NCBI GenBank assembly: GCA_033764315.1
Contig: JANRJA010000215.1
Location: 1 to 55,456, forward strand
Reading direction: 5' to 3'
Length of the DNA stretch: 55,456 bases
Source of the DNA: Oculatellaceae cyanobacterium bins.114
GTDB lineage: Bacteria > Cyanobacteriota > Cyanobacteriia > Elainellales > Elainellaceae
Both the position numbers and the translations under genes were made by a program. The notes beneath the pieces are model-generated. The model saw only the letters and a list, made by a program, of their open reading frames with translations. It was not told the DNA's origin and did not search any database. This document shows positions 20,147 through 31,604 of the stretch, one piece after another (the first letter of the stretch is position 1; every line of letters begins with the position of its first letter).

Positions 20147-20953
20147 TCAAACAATGGCTGCCTGACGGTTTGCGGCTCTATCTGCCAATCTGGTTTTGTT
20201 TTGATAAAACTGGTTGGCAGCGTACCCCAGTGAATAAATTAAGGCAGCGTTGCTAGAGGCTCCTAAAAAGGCACCTGCTCCAGGAATAATCTCGACAAAG
20301 CTGAGTCCGGCTTTAAGCACTCTAGAGCCACCCAATGACAAACCAAAGATAGTTAGTACTTCACCGCGTCGGGTCGGGTCTGCTAACGAAAACCCATAGA
20401 CAGCAGCAACGCGATAGAGCATTTCGGCTTGCAGTTTGCTAACAGCAGCTAGGTCGATCGCCAACAGACTCAGAGCCAGTGGCGGAATTAGGTTTGTGGC
20501 TAGCCCGATTCCCCCAGCTTTCATGGCCGTATCAACAATAATGCGATGGGCTAGTTGGTCGTTGGAGTCAGCAGGGTATTGCTGCCGCAACTGGCTTACT
20601 TCTTTATGAACTTGCTGAGTATCTACTTCGCCTAACGCTGTCATCAACCAGTTGATAAAAGGCAGTTTACTGACAAACTTAACCAACGGATTATCAACAA
20701 TGGGACTAACAACTTTACCCACTGTCTCAGTAGTTTGCTCAACCCATCGGTGGGTTGCAGGACCACTGGTTTTAGCAGCAGCAGTAGCAGCCCCCATGAG
20801 GTCTTCACTAGCAACCATCAAAGCGTTAACAGCCATTTTGGTGGCAGAGGCACTCGCTTGAGTAGCAGCAGCGATTACCCCTTCGGGGAAACTGCTTTGC
20901 ATCGCCTCTGTAATGGGGTCAACATTTTTGTTCTTGTCATCCTGTGTTGCCAT
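20147..20953 (-). CDS. EcsC/DUF697-like protein
   Basis: AGGIGLATNLIP...DLAAVSKLQAEMLYRVAAVYG pattern. Confidence 0.7.
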   Translation of the reverse strand: MATQDDKNKNVDPITEAMQSSFPEGVIAAATQASASATKMAVNALMVASEDLMGAATAAAKTSGPATHRWVEQTTETVGKVVSPIVDNPLVKFVSKLPFINWLMTALGEVDTQQVHKEVSQLRQQYPADSNDQLAHRIIVDTAMKAGGIGLATNLIPPLALSLLAIDLAAVSKLQAEMLYRVAAVYGFSLADPTRRGEVLTIFGLSLGGSRVLKAGLSFVEIIPGAGAFLGASSNAALIYSLGYAANQFYQNKTRLADRAANRQAAIV

Positions 20954-21057
20954 GTTCAACTGTTGCCTTGCTTAACAAACTATTTCCACTCTAGAAAAGC
21001 AATGGCAAAATCAACCTCTACCATGTGGTAGTGATTTCTCTCTAGCCAGTAGACCAA

Positions 21058-21097
21058 CAAAAAAGATCTTCAACCTTTCTAGAAAAGTTGAAGATCT
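21058..21097 (-). terminator. Terminator after hemA
   Basis: AGATCTTCAAC...GTTGAAGATCT stem flanked by A tracts. Confidence 0.6.
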
Positions 21098-21124
21098 AAA
21101 AAAGTTGAACATCTGATGAGCGGG

Positions 21125-22423
21125 TTAGCTAAATTGCCGCTCTGATTGCGCTTCAGCCTCTAAGTTAAAGAGCATCCGCAGAGTTTCCATCGCCTTGCGG
21201 CGGGCTTCGATGTCTTGCTGTGCCCGCAGTTGCACCATTGGGTCATGCAAGATTTTGTTAACAATTCCACGGGTCAATGCTTCAATCACTTCTTGGTGTT
21301 TCTCAGCAAACTCTGTTCCTAAACGAGACAACGCTTTTTCAAGCTCTTGAGTCCGAATAGTTTCCACCTTATCGCGCAAACAGCTAATTGTAGAAACTGT
21401 TTCCAGCGATCGCCACCACAAATCAAACGACTCCACTTCTTCTTCAAGCAAAGCTTCTGCTTCTAATGCCATCTGACGCCGAGTTTCCTGATTTTGAGCC
21501 ACAACCGCTTTAAGGTCATCCACATTAAACGCTTGCACATGCGCCAGACCATTGACATCTGACGCAACGTTGCGCGGCACCGAGATATCAAACAACATCA
21601 AGGGCTGACTGGGTTCTAAAATCATCTCCAACTTAGCGCGATCGAGCAGGGGATCAGTTGCAGCAGTGCTCGTAAAGACTAAGTCAGAGTTAGCAATCAC
21701 TTGACTCATCTCACTCAGAGTGTGCAGTTGCAGGTTAGCGTCAGGAAACTGTTTTGCCAGTTCTTGCGCCCCTTCCATAGAACGGTTGACGATGGTGATG
21801 CGGTGAGCACCTTTAGAGAGCAAATGCTGCACCAGTAAGCGAGCCATTTTACCGGCTCCTACAATCGCTACTCGACAAGCCGCCAAATTTTGCACCTTGA
21901 CCTGAGCCAGTTCAACAGCAGCAGAACTGATGGACACGGCCCCCGTGCCAATGCTGGTTTCAGTGCGAACCCGTTTACCCGCCGCGAGTGCTTTGGTAAA
22001 CAACTGGTTCAAAATCCGCCCAATGCCTTTATGTTGTTGTCCCAACTTATGCGTATGTTTGACCTGAGCCAAGATTTGCCCTTCTCCTAAAACTAGGCTG
22101 TCTAAGCCAGCCGCTACGCGCATCAGGTGAGTGACTGCATCTTGGTGTAACAGCGTAAACAAGTAGGGACGCAGTTGAAACAATGGCACTTTGCCATACT
22201 CTGAGAGAAACTGGCTGACTTCTCGCACCCCATGATTGCTTTCACTGGTGACGATATAGATTTCCAAACGGTTGCAAGTGCTTAAAATAGTGGCTTCTTC
22301 AATGTGAGGATAGCTTCGCAGGTGGGCGATCGCTGCTTCCGCTTGAGGAGTTGGAATGCTTAATTTTTCTCGCACTTCGACAGGGGCTGTCTTGTGGCTT
22401 AGACCCACAACTGCAATATTCAT
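21125..22423 (-). CDS. hemA: Glutamyl-tRNA reductase
   Basis: [43 protein letters not shown]. Confidence 0.97.
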   Translation of the reverse strand: MNIAVVGLSHKTAPVEVREKLSIPTPQAEAAIAHLRSYPHIEEATILSTCNRLEIYIVTSESNHGVREVSQFLSEYGKVPLFQLRPYLFTLLHQDAVTHLMRVAAGLDSLVLGEGQILAQVKHTHKLGQQHKGIGRILNQLFTKALAAGKRVRTETSIGTGAVSISSAAVELAQVKVQNLAACRVAIVGAGKMARLLVQHLLSKGAHRITIVNRSMEGAQELAKQFPDANLQLHTLSEMSQVIANSDLVFTSTAATDPLLDRAKLEMILEPSQPLMLFDISVPRNVASDVNGLAHVQAFNVDDLKAVVAQNQETRRQMALEAEALLEEEVESFDLWWRSLETVSTISCLRDKVETIRTQELEKALSRLGTEFAEKHQEVIEALTRGIVNKILHDPMVQLRAQQDIEARRKAMETLRMLFNLEAEAQSERQFS

Positions 22424-22823
22424 TGTTCCTCCCAACGTTTTCCCAAATGAGTTCATTAACAGAGTGCCCAAAAGGATGAATCACCCTCTTGAACACTATC
22501 TTTTGGATGAAAAATTAATCAAGTTTTCGTAATCAAACAACTCGAACCATTAAAATCGGTAATTTAAGAAAAGTCTATCAAGTCAGCGTCACTTTCAGAA
22601 TGAAAGAAGACCCATTCAATTAATATTTGCCCGTGAATTTTTGTGAACTCGATTAGAAAACTATTTGAAAAGTCATTAGCAATGGAACCTTAACTTAAGA
22701 GTAACTTTTCGAGAAAAACTTAATGCAATTTCAAGAAAAGATACCTAATTATTGAGCGTCACATTGCATTCATTAAACTATTTCAAATTCCTATATAAGT
22801 TCAATTTTTCCATTTTTCACTTC

Positions 22824-22871
22824 AAAGACACAGAAACAACAGTGATTAAACCTGTCTGTCTCTGTGTCTTT
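22824..22871 (-). terminator. Hairpin downstream of glpX
   Basis: AAAGACACAGA...TCTGTGTCTTT inverted repeat. Confidence 0.5.
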
Positions 22872-22967
22872 AATGAGAGTATTGAGAATAATCAGCTCAG
22901 ATAATTAGCCCAACAATTAGCCCAAACAATTAACTCAGACCACTGTCAGTCTAACAGCCTAAACTTC

Positions 22968-24008
22968 CTATCTCAATTGTAGAGCTTTAGATTGACCATC
23001 TAACAGATGAATTGTGTCTACAAATCGAGCTGTCTTAGATTGGTTAGAAATAACCAGACTTTGAGTTCTAGCTCCACCGTGGAAGAAACGAACGCCTTCC
23101 ATCAACGTGCCAGGAGTGATGCCACAGCCTGCAAACAGGACAGTTTCGCCTGAGGCCAACTCTTCAGCTTCATAAACTCGGTCGAGTTCAGTGATACCCA
23201 TTGACTGCAATCGCTCAATATTGGCTTCTTTGCTTTCTCCAATCAGCCCTGTCTTGACCACAGCAGGATCATAGATCAGTTGACCTTGAAAATGACCTCC
23301 CAAACAACGCAGTGCCGCAGCTGAGATGACACCCTCAGGAGCTGCTCCAATGCCCATCAAAGCGTGGGTATTGGTTCCCGCAAAGGCGCAAGAGATAGCT
23401 TCTGCTACGTCACCATCAGAGATTAAACGGACTCTTGCTCCTGCTTCCCGAATCTCTTTGATCAAGTCATTGTGGCGATCGCGTTTCATAACGACCACAA
23501 CCAACTCATTGATCGAGCGATCGAGACATTCCGCCAAAATTTTCAGGTTTTCAGTCGGGGTTTTGCGGATGTCTACCTTGCCTTTAGCGGCAGGAGGAGC
23601 CGCTAATTTATTCATGTAAAAGTCAGGGGCTGCAAACAAGCCACCCTTCTCAGAGATTGCCAGCACTGCCATTGAGCCAGGTTGACCATAAGCACAAAGG
23701 TTCGTTCCTTCGCAGGGGTCAACCGCAATATCGATCTCGATCAACTCATCCGGGTTGCAATAGTCTTTAGCATCGGGTTGAGTACAAATCCCTACTTCTT
23801 CACCGATGTATAGCATGGGAGCATCATCGCGCTCTCCTTCCCCGATTACAATGCGACCCCGCATGTAGATCTTGTTCATCCGCTCCCGCATCGCTTCTAC
23901 GGCAACCCGGTCAGCTTCATTTTTATCCCCTTTGCCCATCAATCGAGCTGAGGCGATCGCTGCCTGCTCAACCACTTCAATAATCTCTAAACCAAGTGTT
24001 GATTCCAC
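22968..24008 (-). CDS. glpX: Bifunctional fructose-1,6/sedoheptulose-1,7-bisphosphatase (class II)
   Basis: [42 protein letters not shown]. Confidence 0.97.
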   Translation of the reverse strand: MESTLGLEIIEVVEQAAIASARLMGKGDKNEADRVAVEAMRERMNKIYMRGRIVIGEGERDDAPMLYIGEEVGICTQPDAKDYCNPDELIEIDIAVDPCEGTNLCAYGQPGSMAVLAISEKGGLFAAPDFYMNKLAAPPAAKGKVDIRKTPTENLKILAECLDRSINELVVVVMKRDRHNDLIKEIREAGARVRLISDGDVAEAISCAFAGTNTHALMGIGAAPEGVISAAALRCLGGHFQGQLIYDPAVVKTGLIGESKEANIERLQSMGITELDRVYEAEELASGETVLFAGCGITPGTLMEGVRFFHGGARTQSLVISNQSKTARFVDTIHLLDGQSKALQLR

Positions 24009-24226
24009 CTGTGATTTCCTCCCGACTGCTGATTTTGCGTCATTCTGCGGACTAAGCTTTAGTAAAAAAGTTTATCAGACTATGGGATCGGGAAAGGATG
24101 AAGAGAGAAGAAGGAAAAAGGAAGAGAGAAGAAAGAAGAGGGAGGGGGAGTCATCTGCTATCTGCCATTTGCCTTTATTCTTCCGGCTATACTCATAGCA
24201 ATATTCACTCCTGAGAGGGATGCCTG

Positions 24227-24985
24227 ATGAATGTTTTTGTAGTGATCACGCTGGCGATCGCTCCAGGGCTATTTTGGCTTTGGTTTTTCTACAAGAAGGA
24301 TAAATTAGAGCCGGAACCACGACACCTGATTGCTAAAACTTTTTTTTGGGGAGTGTTCCTCGCCATTCCTGTGCTGATTGTTCAGATTCCCTTTTTGATC
24401 ATCAGCAGTTCAATGGTGTTTCTAGCCGTCATTGTAGCTCCCATCACTGAGGAATTTGGCAAATATTTGGTGGTGCGCTGGGGGGTCTACAAGAATATTG
24501 AGTTTGACGAACCCGTGGATGGCATCATTTATGCTGCTGCTGCCGCCTTGGGGTTTGCATCCATCGAAAATGTGTTCTACCTATTGGGTTCATATTATGC
24601 CCCTCAAGAAATCTCAGAGGGAACTTCAGCCTCGTATGCCGTTCTTACCTTGTTTGTAATTCGAGGGTTGCTCTCTGTTCCTGGACATGCGCTGTGGTCG
24701 AGTTTGTGGGGCTATGCATTGGGAGTCGCCAAGTTTTCACCTCCTGAACGAGCAAACACCTTGATTCGCAATGGTTTACTGTTATCAATGTTCTCACATG
24801 GATTCTTTAACGGGTTGCTGGTGATCTTCCCACCTCTAGCATTGGGGGTGTTAGTTTTGATTCCATTGGGGTGGCGCATGACCTTTCGCCGCATTGCCGA
24901 TGCCCTAGCAGCATCTCCTCATGCCCTAAAGTCATTAAGCGATGCAGAGCAGTTTCCCAAGGGGGGCGATCGCCAGGATATTTAA
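24227..24985 (+). CDS. PrsW-family intramembrane glutamic protease
   Basis: EPEP, APITEEFGK, GFASIEN, HGFFN motifs; multiple TM segments. Confidence 0.9.
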   Translation: MNVFVVITLAIAPGLFWLWFFYKKDKLEPEPRHLIAKTFFWGVFLAIPVLIVQIPFLIISSSMVFLAVIVAPITEEFGKYLVVRWGVYKNIEFDEPVDGIIYAAAAALGFASIENVFYLLGSYYAPQEISEGTSASYAVLTLFVIRGLLSVPGHALWSSLWGYALGVAKFSPPERANTLIRNGLLLSMFSHGFFNGLLVIFPPLALGVLVLIPLGWRMTFRRIADALAASPHALKSLSDAEQFPKGGDRQDI

Positions 24986-25165
24986 CAAATCTGCACTTAA
25001 ACAAGAAGGGAGAGAACGTGCGTCCTCTCCCTGGTCTGATTTGAGTTTTTGTCTCAGTGCTTGCTGTTGCTTCCGCAGTTGCCGCTGTCTAGCACTCCCA
25101 CCCTTACCCTTGTGATTGCGACCCTCGCGCCGCGGAGATTCCCACCGCTTTAACCGTTGGCTCAT
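24935..25165 (-). CDS. Small basic hypothetical protein
   Basis: Strong RBS (AAGGAGG) upstream; Arg/Lys/Gln-rich. Confidence 0.65.
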   Translation of the reverse strand: MSQRLKRWESPRREGRNHKGKGGSARQRQLRKQQQALRQKLKSDQGEDARSLPSCLSADLLNILAIAPLGKLLCIA

Positions 25166-25395
25166 TGTGCCTCCTTAAATTCAAATCACTCCTTGAACCG
25201 CACCATCATACCAATTCCACAAATACCAGCTAAAAACCAACAGCAGGGGCGTTTTGCAAAAGCCTCTACAGAGAGATTGATAAGCAACCCAAATTTGTAG
25301 AAAGAGTATTTCTCTACTTAATTCGACTATAACCAATCTCTGCGAAACAAGCCATCCTCCATTCAGGTGGGGATGCCACTAGGAACAATGGAATA

Positions 25396-25477
25396 TGGGC
25401 AGAGTCGGACTCGAACCGACATGACCGAAGTCGCCACATTTTGAGTGTGGTGCGTCTACCAATTTCGCCATCCGCCC
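25396..25477 (-). tRNA. trnL: tRNA-Leu(CAA)
   Basis: GGGCGGATGGCGAAATTGGTAGACGC...CT-CAA-AA...GGTTCGAGTCC...CTGCCCA cloverleaf with a long variable arm. Confidence 0.95.
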
Positions 25478-26331
25478 TTGGAATCAGCTTTACCATTATA
25501 GGGCATTGTGCGATTTTGCAACAACGATTGATAAGTTTGACTCGTTGCCCACTGATCAATTTCTCGTGCTCGCAAAACAGGCACCGGATGCGTCAGTTGT
25601 GCCGTTTGCACTTGCTTTAAGAGTTGACCCAACTCACTGCTACTAATGGCATCGTAAGAACGAGCTTGCGCTAAAAAAGCATCTAAATTGAGTTGAGATG
25701 ACAACGTCGGAGACCCTCCAGTGAGTTTCATTAACACAGAGGCAACTACTCTAGGATTTTGAGAGACTAACAGGGCAGCGCGATCGCAGGTAAACTCAGC
25801 ACAGCGAACCCACTCCAAGATGCGATCTTGCAAGCTTTGGGCGATCAAGGTGCCAAAGGGTTCTAATTGTCCTGCGGCCAACATGATCAGGTTTGCCAAA
25901 GTCAAATAGACACTGTGATCACATTTCAAATGCCCTAATTCATGGGCAATCACAGCTTGAATCTCTTCAGGAGTCAATAGCTCGATCAAGGAGGTGTGCA
26001 CCACGATAAAGGGCTGCTTACCTCGCATAGCAAAGGTGTAAGCATTGGGCACAGGGTGCTGCCGAATGTAGAGTTGGGGTTGCTCTAGGTCAAGAATCTT
26101 GCAAGCATCTACCAACAAGGTGTAGAGATGGGGTAGTTGCTGTTCACTCACTAGAATGCTAGAAGCAATATTTTCTAAATAGAAAAATTGTTCTGCAACT
26201 GGCCCTAATAAATTTCGCACGAGCAGGTCGATTCCAGGAATCTGTTTTAACGCCTGTGTCGCTTCTAAATCAAGGGGATGACGAAAATGGTCAGACTTGA
26301 GACCCAACAGCAGAATTTTTGGAGCAGACAT
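25456..26331 (-). CDS. M48-family zinc metallopeptidase
   Basis: PNAYT, IAHELGH (HExxH), AEFTCDR, THP. Confidence 0.92.
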   Translation of the reverse strand: MSAPKILLLGLKSDHFRHPLDLEATQALKQIPGIDLLVRNLLGPVAEQFFYLENIASSILVSEQQLPHLYTLLVDACKILDLEQPQLYIRQHPVPNAYTFAMRGKQPFIVVHTSLIELLTPEEIQAVIAHELGHLKCDHSVYLTLANLIMLAAGQLEPFGTLIAQSLQDRILEWVRCAEFTCDRAALLVSQNPRVVASVLMKLTGGSPTLSSQLNLDAFLAQARSYDAISSSELGQLLKQVQTAQLTHPVPVLRAREIDQWATSQTYQSLLQNRTMPYNGKADSKGGWRNW

Positions 26332-26507
26332 TGGGAATTTTTAAAGTTATTGAAGAGTATTGATATAACCGTTCAAATAAACGGCATAACGCCTATTGTA
26401 AGAGCCTATCCAATAACTCGTCAGAGTTTTTGATTGGTTCGATCGCCTGATGGTCTTCTAAATCAGCAGTTCAGCCTGTTTTTGGGCAATAGCATGACTC
26501 AATTTTT

Positions 26508-28178
26508 ATGGACAGTATGAACACCTCTGAGGCTTTAGAAGCCGCAACGCAGCTTTATCAGCAACGACAGTATGTTGAGGCAACTCGTCTCTGTCGGCAG
26601 ACATTGCAACAGCAACCTGACTACGTTGATGCGCTGTTGCTCTTGGGAATCATGGCCTGCCAGATGGCTCAATTTGAGGAGGCGATCGCTTGTTTTCAAC
26701 GCGTCCTGAAACTGAAGCCCAATGACACCAACACATTGAATAATTTAGGAAATGTGTTTCATGCTCAAGGCAAATTTGATGAAGCGATCGCGACTTACCA
26801 AAAAGTATTAGCTCTCAATCCACAGCATGTGGATGCTTACTACAACTTGGGGATTGCCTGTCAAGACGGGGGAGATACCAAAGCTGCCATTAACCACTAT
26901 CAACAGGCGATCACCCTCAACCCTAACTATGTCAGTGCTTACAACAATTTAGGAGTGGTGTTACGCCGACAGGGAAGCACTGAGGAAGCGATCGCGGTCT
27001 ATGAGCGGGCACTGGCTCTAGCCCCCAATTTTGCTGAGGTACACGACAACCTGGCCAATGCTCTGCGGGAAGCAGGAGCCTTAGAAGAGGCAGTTTATTA
27101 TCATCAACGGGCGATCGCTCTTAAACCGACTGCTTTTGCCTATTACAACTTAGGCAATACGTTGCTTGAGCAGGGCAATTCAAGTGCCGCGATCGAGGCA
27201 TATAACCAGGCGATCGCCCTTAATCCCAAATATTATGAGGCGCGTCTGTCGAGAGGCATCTGTCATCTGCTAACAGGAGATTTGATGACGGGTTTCACCG
27301 AGTACGAAGCTCGTTGGGGCAATAAACAATCCAATCCTTATAGCTTAAACCGTCCGGTCTGGGATGGCTCTCCCCTGTTAGGACGACGCCTCTTGTTAGT
27401 GCCAGAACAAGGTCTGGGTGACACCATTCAATTCATTCGATACGTGCCTATCCTGGTTCGCTTTGGGGGGTACATCATTGTCAGTTGCCAAGAACCACTC
27501 CTGCGGCTATTTGCCACCGTTCCTGGAATCAGTCAACTCGTCCCCGTAGAGGTAGAGCTACCGCCCTTTGATGTCTACCTACCCATGATGAGTTTGCCGC
27601 GTCTACTCAAGACCCGTTTAGAGGCTATCCCTGCACCCATACCTTACGTTCATCCCCCGGCTCAGTCGTCAATTCAAGTGCCGCGAGATAGCACCTCACT
27701 GACCATTGGCATTGCCTGGGGAGCACGAGATGAGTTTGTCGCGAAATATCCTAGTCGTCGCCGCTCTTGCCCATTGGTTGCTTTTCAACGGCTACTCAGA
27801 CTGCCCAATACTCACTTCTACAGTTTGCAAAAGGGAGAAGCAGAACGGGAATTAAAGCAACTGGGATGGCAAACACACATCCAGAACATGAGCGACCACA
27901 TTACTGATTTTGCCGATACAGCCGCGATCGCCAACCAACTCGACCTGATTATCACAGTAGATACTGCGATCGCCCATCTCGTTGGAGCAATGGGAAAAAC
28001 CGTGTGGGTCTTGTTACCCTATGCTCCTGATTGGCGTTGGATGCTCGATCGCACCGATAGCCCCTGGTATCCCAATATGCGACTGTTTCGCCAACGGTAT
28101 CCTGGCGATTGGGCAGGGGTCATTGAACAAGTGGCAGAGGCACTCCAAGACATGCAGAGGGCAGGTAATAGGGCGTAA
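26508..28178 (+). CDS. TPR-repeat protein with C-terminal glycosyltransferase (GT9-like) domain
   Basis: About 7 TPRs followed by EQGLGDTIQF, VDTAIAHLVGA, WRW and SPWYP. Confidence 0.88.
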   Translation: MDSMNTSEALEAATQLYQQRQYVEATRLCRQTLQQQPDYVDALLLLGIMACQMAQFEEAIACFQRVLKLKPNDTNTLNNLGNVFHAQGKFDEAIATYQKVLALNPQHVDAYYNLGIACQDGGDTKAAINHYQQAITLNPNYVSAYNNLGVVLRRQGSTEEAIAVYERALALAPNFAEVHDNLANALREAGALEEAVYYHQRAIALKPTAFAYYNLGNTLLEQGNSSAAIEAYNQAIALNPKYYEARLSRGICHLLTGDLMTGFTEYEARWGNKQSNPYSLNRPVWDGSPLLGRRLLLVPEQGLGDTIQFIRYVPILVRFGGYIIVSCQEPLLRLFATVPGISQLVPVEVELPPFDVYLPMMSLPRLLKTRLEAIPAPIPYVHPPAQSSIQVPRDSTSLTIGIAWGARDEFVAKYPSRRRSCPLVAFQRLLRLPNTHFYSLQKGEAERELKQLGWQTHIQNMSDHITDFADTAAIANQLDLIITVDTAIAHLVGAMGKTVWVLLPYAPDWRWMLDRTDSPWYPNMRLFRQRYPGDWAGVIEQVAEALQDMQRAGNRA

Positions 28179-28306
28179 AGGACAGAGGGATGGTAGGAAC
28201 GATGAAGAGATCACCCCTACAACGCTCTTACTTCCCTATTTCCCATCCCCTATTCCCACATTTTCATCCCGTTTAGTCAGCGTAGCCGAGCCACACTCCT
28301 TCCTTT

Positions 28307-29704
28307 CTAAACTTGCTCTGACACAACGACCGCAGGAGGGGTTGAAATGACAGGGGCATCTGCACTAGGTTCTTCATCAACCCGCTGCAATTTTGCACCT
28401 AACTTGAGCAGTTTGCCGCCGAGGTCTTCATACCCGCGATCGAGGTGATGAAGCCCTTGGATTGTTGTCTTACCTTCGGCAGCGAGGGCTGCTAGCACTA
28501 ACGCCGCAGAGGCTCGTAGGTCAGTCGCAACGACAGGAGCACCCGACAAGCGAGGGACTCCGCGAATAATGGCATGATTGCCCTTAACGCGAATATCGGC
28601 TCCCATACGGTTTAACTCAGCTACATGCCGCAAGCGGTTTTCAAACACCGTTTCAGTAATCACGCTGTCCCCTTCGCTCAGGGTCAACAATGCCATAAAT
28701 TGCGCTTGCATATCAGTGGGAAACCCAGGATAGGGAAGCGTTTCAATATCAGTTGCGATGTGATGGTCGCCAGGAGTGATGCGGAGTCGATTGGGAGTCT
28801 CAGTTGTCACCTGAACCCCAATTGCCCGCAATTTGGCAATAACGGCAGTCAAATGATCCGGCACGATGGGGAACAGGCTGAGATCAGAGCGGGTAATCGC
28901 CCCAGCTACCAAAAATGTGCCTGCTTCAATGCGATCGGGACTGATGGAGTAGTCAGTCGAGTGTCGGTGAGGAACCCCAGAAACCACGATTGTATTGGTT
29001 CCTGCACCGCGAATGCGTGCTCCCATAGCTCGGCAAAAATTTGCCAAATCCGCCACTTCTGGTTCTTGAGCTGCATTTTCAATGGTGGTTTCACCATCTG
29101 CCAAAGTTGCCGCCATCATCAGAGTCTCAGTTGCCCCAACACTGGGGTAATCGAGATAGATGCGTGCTCCTTTGAGTCGTTTGTTAGTCCCTCTAACCGA
29201 AGCATGAACGGTGCCGTGATCAATGTGAACATCTGCCCCCATTGCCTGCAATCCTCGAACATGCAGATCTACAGGTCTAGCCCCGATCGCACATCCCCCT
29301 GGCAGAGGCACACGAGCAACTCCTAGACGAGCCAACAGTGGACCAATCACAAAAAAGCTGGCTCTGAGTTGGCTGACTAACTCGTAGGGTGCTTTGGAGT
29401 GACTCAAGTGGCGAGCGTTGATTTCTAAGGCGTCGCCCTTGCGGTCTACCTTTACTCCCAGTGCCGACAGGATTTGCCCCATCCGATGCACATCAACCAG
29501 CGAGGGAACGTTTTGGATGCGACAGTCATCAGGACAGAGTAAGGCTCCAGCCATAATCACCAGGGCTGAGTTTTTGGCACCGCTAATGTTGACTTGTCCT
29601 TGTAGCGGAACCCCACCCCAAATATGCAGTAAAGACTTGTCTTCTTCGGGCGTGGTGTTGGAGTTGGGTAGGTTAGGAGAGGGAGTAATAGGTTTGTCCT
29701 CCAA
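28307..29704 (-). CDS. murA: UDP-N-acetylglucosamine 1-carboxyvinyltransferase
   Basis: [31 protein letters not shown]. Confidence 0.97.
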   Translation of the reverse strand: MEDKPITPSPNLPNSNTTPEEDKSLLHIWGGVPLQGQVNISGAKNSALVIMAGALLCPDDCRIQNVPSLVDVHRMGQILSALGVKVDRKGDALEINARHLSHSKAPYELVSQLRASFFVIGPLLARLGVARVPLPGGCAIGARPVDLHVRGLQAMGADVHIDHGTVHASVRGTNKRLKGARIYLDYPSVGATETLMMAATLADGETTIENAAQEPEVADLANFCRAMGARIRGAGTNTIVVSGVPHRHSTDYSISPDRIEAGTFLVAGAITRSDLSLFPIVPDHLTAVIAKLRAIGVQVTTETPNRLRITPGDHHIATDIETLPYPGFPTDMQAQFMALLTLSEGDSVITETVFENRLRHVAELNRMGADIRVKGNHAIIRGVPRLSGAPVVATDLRASAALVLAALAAEGKTTIQGLHHLDRGYEDLGGKLLKLGAKLQRVDEEPSADAPVISTPPAVVVSEQV

Positions 29705-29903
29705 AGTGAGTAATAGTTCCTAATAACTTCAAAATTTGGTTTGATTCTACCGGAAAGCGGCTAAATCTCTAAATCAGAATCGTATTTTAGGAAGAATAAG
29801 CTAGAAAGCCAGTAACCTCAAGCTATAAATTTCATTCCAAAAATAGTTGACTGATGCGATCGCTTAATGGATGATGAAGAATCGCAGCGTTGAAATAGCT
29901 GAC

Positions 29904-29987
29904 GCGGAACTGGCGGAATTGGTAGACGCGCTAGATTCAGGTTCTAGTGTCTGCAAAGACTTCCGGGTTCAAGTCCCGGGTTCCGCA
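29904..29987 (+). tRNA. trnL: tRNA-Leu(CAG)
   Basis: GCGGAACTGGCGGAATTGGTAGACGCG CTAGA-TTCAGGT-TCTAG...GGTTCAAGTCC...GTTCCGCA. Confidence 0.95.
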
Positions 29988-30136
29988 TTTTTCTAACCAT
30001 GATTTTTAATCGAGTTAGAGAGTGCTTTGACAGGTTATAAGATGCCCTGACCTGTGTTGCTTATCACCACACATCGGTCAAATCTACTTATACATCTACT
30101 GTGTTTTGTAACAAAATCTAAATCATCGGTGTTGCA

Positions 30137-30934
30137 TTGATCACGAGTTTGCAAAATCCTCTTGTCAAACAGATGCGAAAGCTGCACCGACCCAAAGAAC
30201 GGCTTCAGCAGCATCTGTCTCTGCTAGAAGGCACCCATTTGCTTGAAGAAGCCTGTGCTGCTGGTGTTTCTTTTACAACGGTCTGTTGCACCCCAGATTG
30301 GATGGAAGCACACCCTCAGCTTTGGGCGAATGCGGTGCAGCAATCATTACGAGCCGAGATCGTCAGTCCTGAGGTCTTACAGGCGATCGCCACAACCGTG
30401 CAACCTGATGGGGTAGTCGCTACGGTTGAGCGGTTAATGCCTCGTTCTCCAAGCCTTCCAGTGACATTGGGGTTGGCGTTAGAAACCATTCAAGACCCCG
30501 GCAATGTTGGCACTCTCATCCGGACAGCGGCGGCAGTTGGGGTTGATGGACTTTGGATTAGTGCTGATAGTGTCGATTTAGACCATCCCAAAGTGTTGAG
30601 AGCCACCGCAGGGCAATGGTTTCGACTACCAATGGTGGTGAGTACTAATTTGCCAAAAGATGTGGCTCAATTCAAAGCATCGGGTGGTCGGGTGGTTGCC
30701 ACCCTTCCCTTTGCCCAAACCCCTTATTGGCAGATTGATTGGCAACAACCCAGCCTAATTTTGTTGGGTAACGAAGGAGCCGGATTGACCCCAGAACTGG
30801 CCGCCCTAGCAGACATAGAAGTTACGATTCCGTTAGCGGCTGGTGTGGAGTCGTTAAATGTGGCGATCGCGGCGGCTGTTATCTTATATGAAGCGCGACG
30901 ACAGCGGGAGACAGAAGTCAATCTTAAACCTTGA
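30137..30934 (+). CDS. TrmH/SpoU-family RNA methyltransferase
   Basis: IQDPGNVGTLIRTA, LGNEGAGL, VESLNVA. Confidence 0.93.
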   Translation: MITSLQNPLVKQMRKLHRPKERLQQHLSLLEGTHLLEEACAAGVSFTTVCCTPDWMEAHPQLWANAVQQSLRAEIVSPEVLQAIATTVQPDGVVATVERLMPRSPSLPVTLGLALETIQDPGNVGTLIRTAAAVGVDGLWISADSVDLDHPKVLRATAGQWFRLPMVVSTNLPKDVAQFKASGGRVVATLPFAQTPYWQIDWQQPSLILLGNEGAGLTPELAALADIEVTIPLAAGVESLNVAIAAAVILYEARRQRETEVNLKP

Positions 30935-30985
30935 AACGTTTGCTATTGCTTGATCCTTCCTGGTCACCCCATTGCAATGCCTTAA

Positions 30986-31222
30986 TCAAGGCTCATCACT
31001 CTGTTTTTGAATTTCTTGAATAAACTGCTCGATATCAGCAACGGCAGCTTCTAATTCTTCGACTGACATTGCCTGTGAAGCAGAGGTTGGTTTAGGAGCA
31101 GGAGCAGTCTTTACTTCAGGGGCTACCTCTTCAGAGCTAGAGAGGCTCATTCCCAATTGGTCAAGCGATTCCATGAATGCTTTAGCAGCGGCACGCCGTA
31201 AATCTTGCTGACTTTGATTCAT
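30986..31222 (-). CDS. Small hypothetical protein
   Basis: ATG at 31222 with GGAG upstream; helical RRAAAKAFMESL...LEAAVADIEQF. Confidence 0.7.
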   Translation of the reverse strand: MNQSQQDLRRAAAKAFMESLDQLGMSLSSSEEVAPEVKTAPAPKPTSASQAMSVEELEAAVADIEQFIQEIQKQSDEP

Positions 31223-31604
31223 AAGGCTTGACTCCAAAGGAAAAAAGATCAATAAGGTAAAGCTCGATGATGTTAATTACGTACAGCTAAAAAAATTTTG
31301 CAGGGGAAGTAGCGATTCAAGTTGCAAGATTTCTCTGATATTTTTCAGAGGAGATTGATTACTTTATGCACTGAATTTGTCAATCTTGACAACGGTAATC
31401 AACACCGATGAGGGGTAAATTTTAGAAATTCACCCCCTGTAGCGGCATAGCTCCTGATCAAAAAGTACCCAGTTTGAAGGTGAATTGTTCAGTTAAGAGG
31501 GATACAAACTTTGACATCAGGTTGTCTAATTGACCGCCTCCAGATGAGAATTGAACAGGTGAGCCTAACGTGTTGGATATCAAGAAACGGAACGGGAGAC
31601 TGAA

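Noticed and set aside
22424..22967. AT-rich 540-bp gap as foreign DNA or a replication origin
   Set aside because: No DnaA-box cluster or ORF seen; consistent with the glpX terminator plus the hemA promoter region.
28625..29326. 233-aa ORF antisense to murA
   Set aside because: Shadow ORF of a conserved gene with no recognisable motifs.
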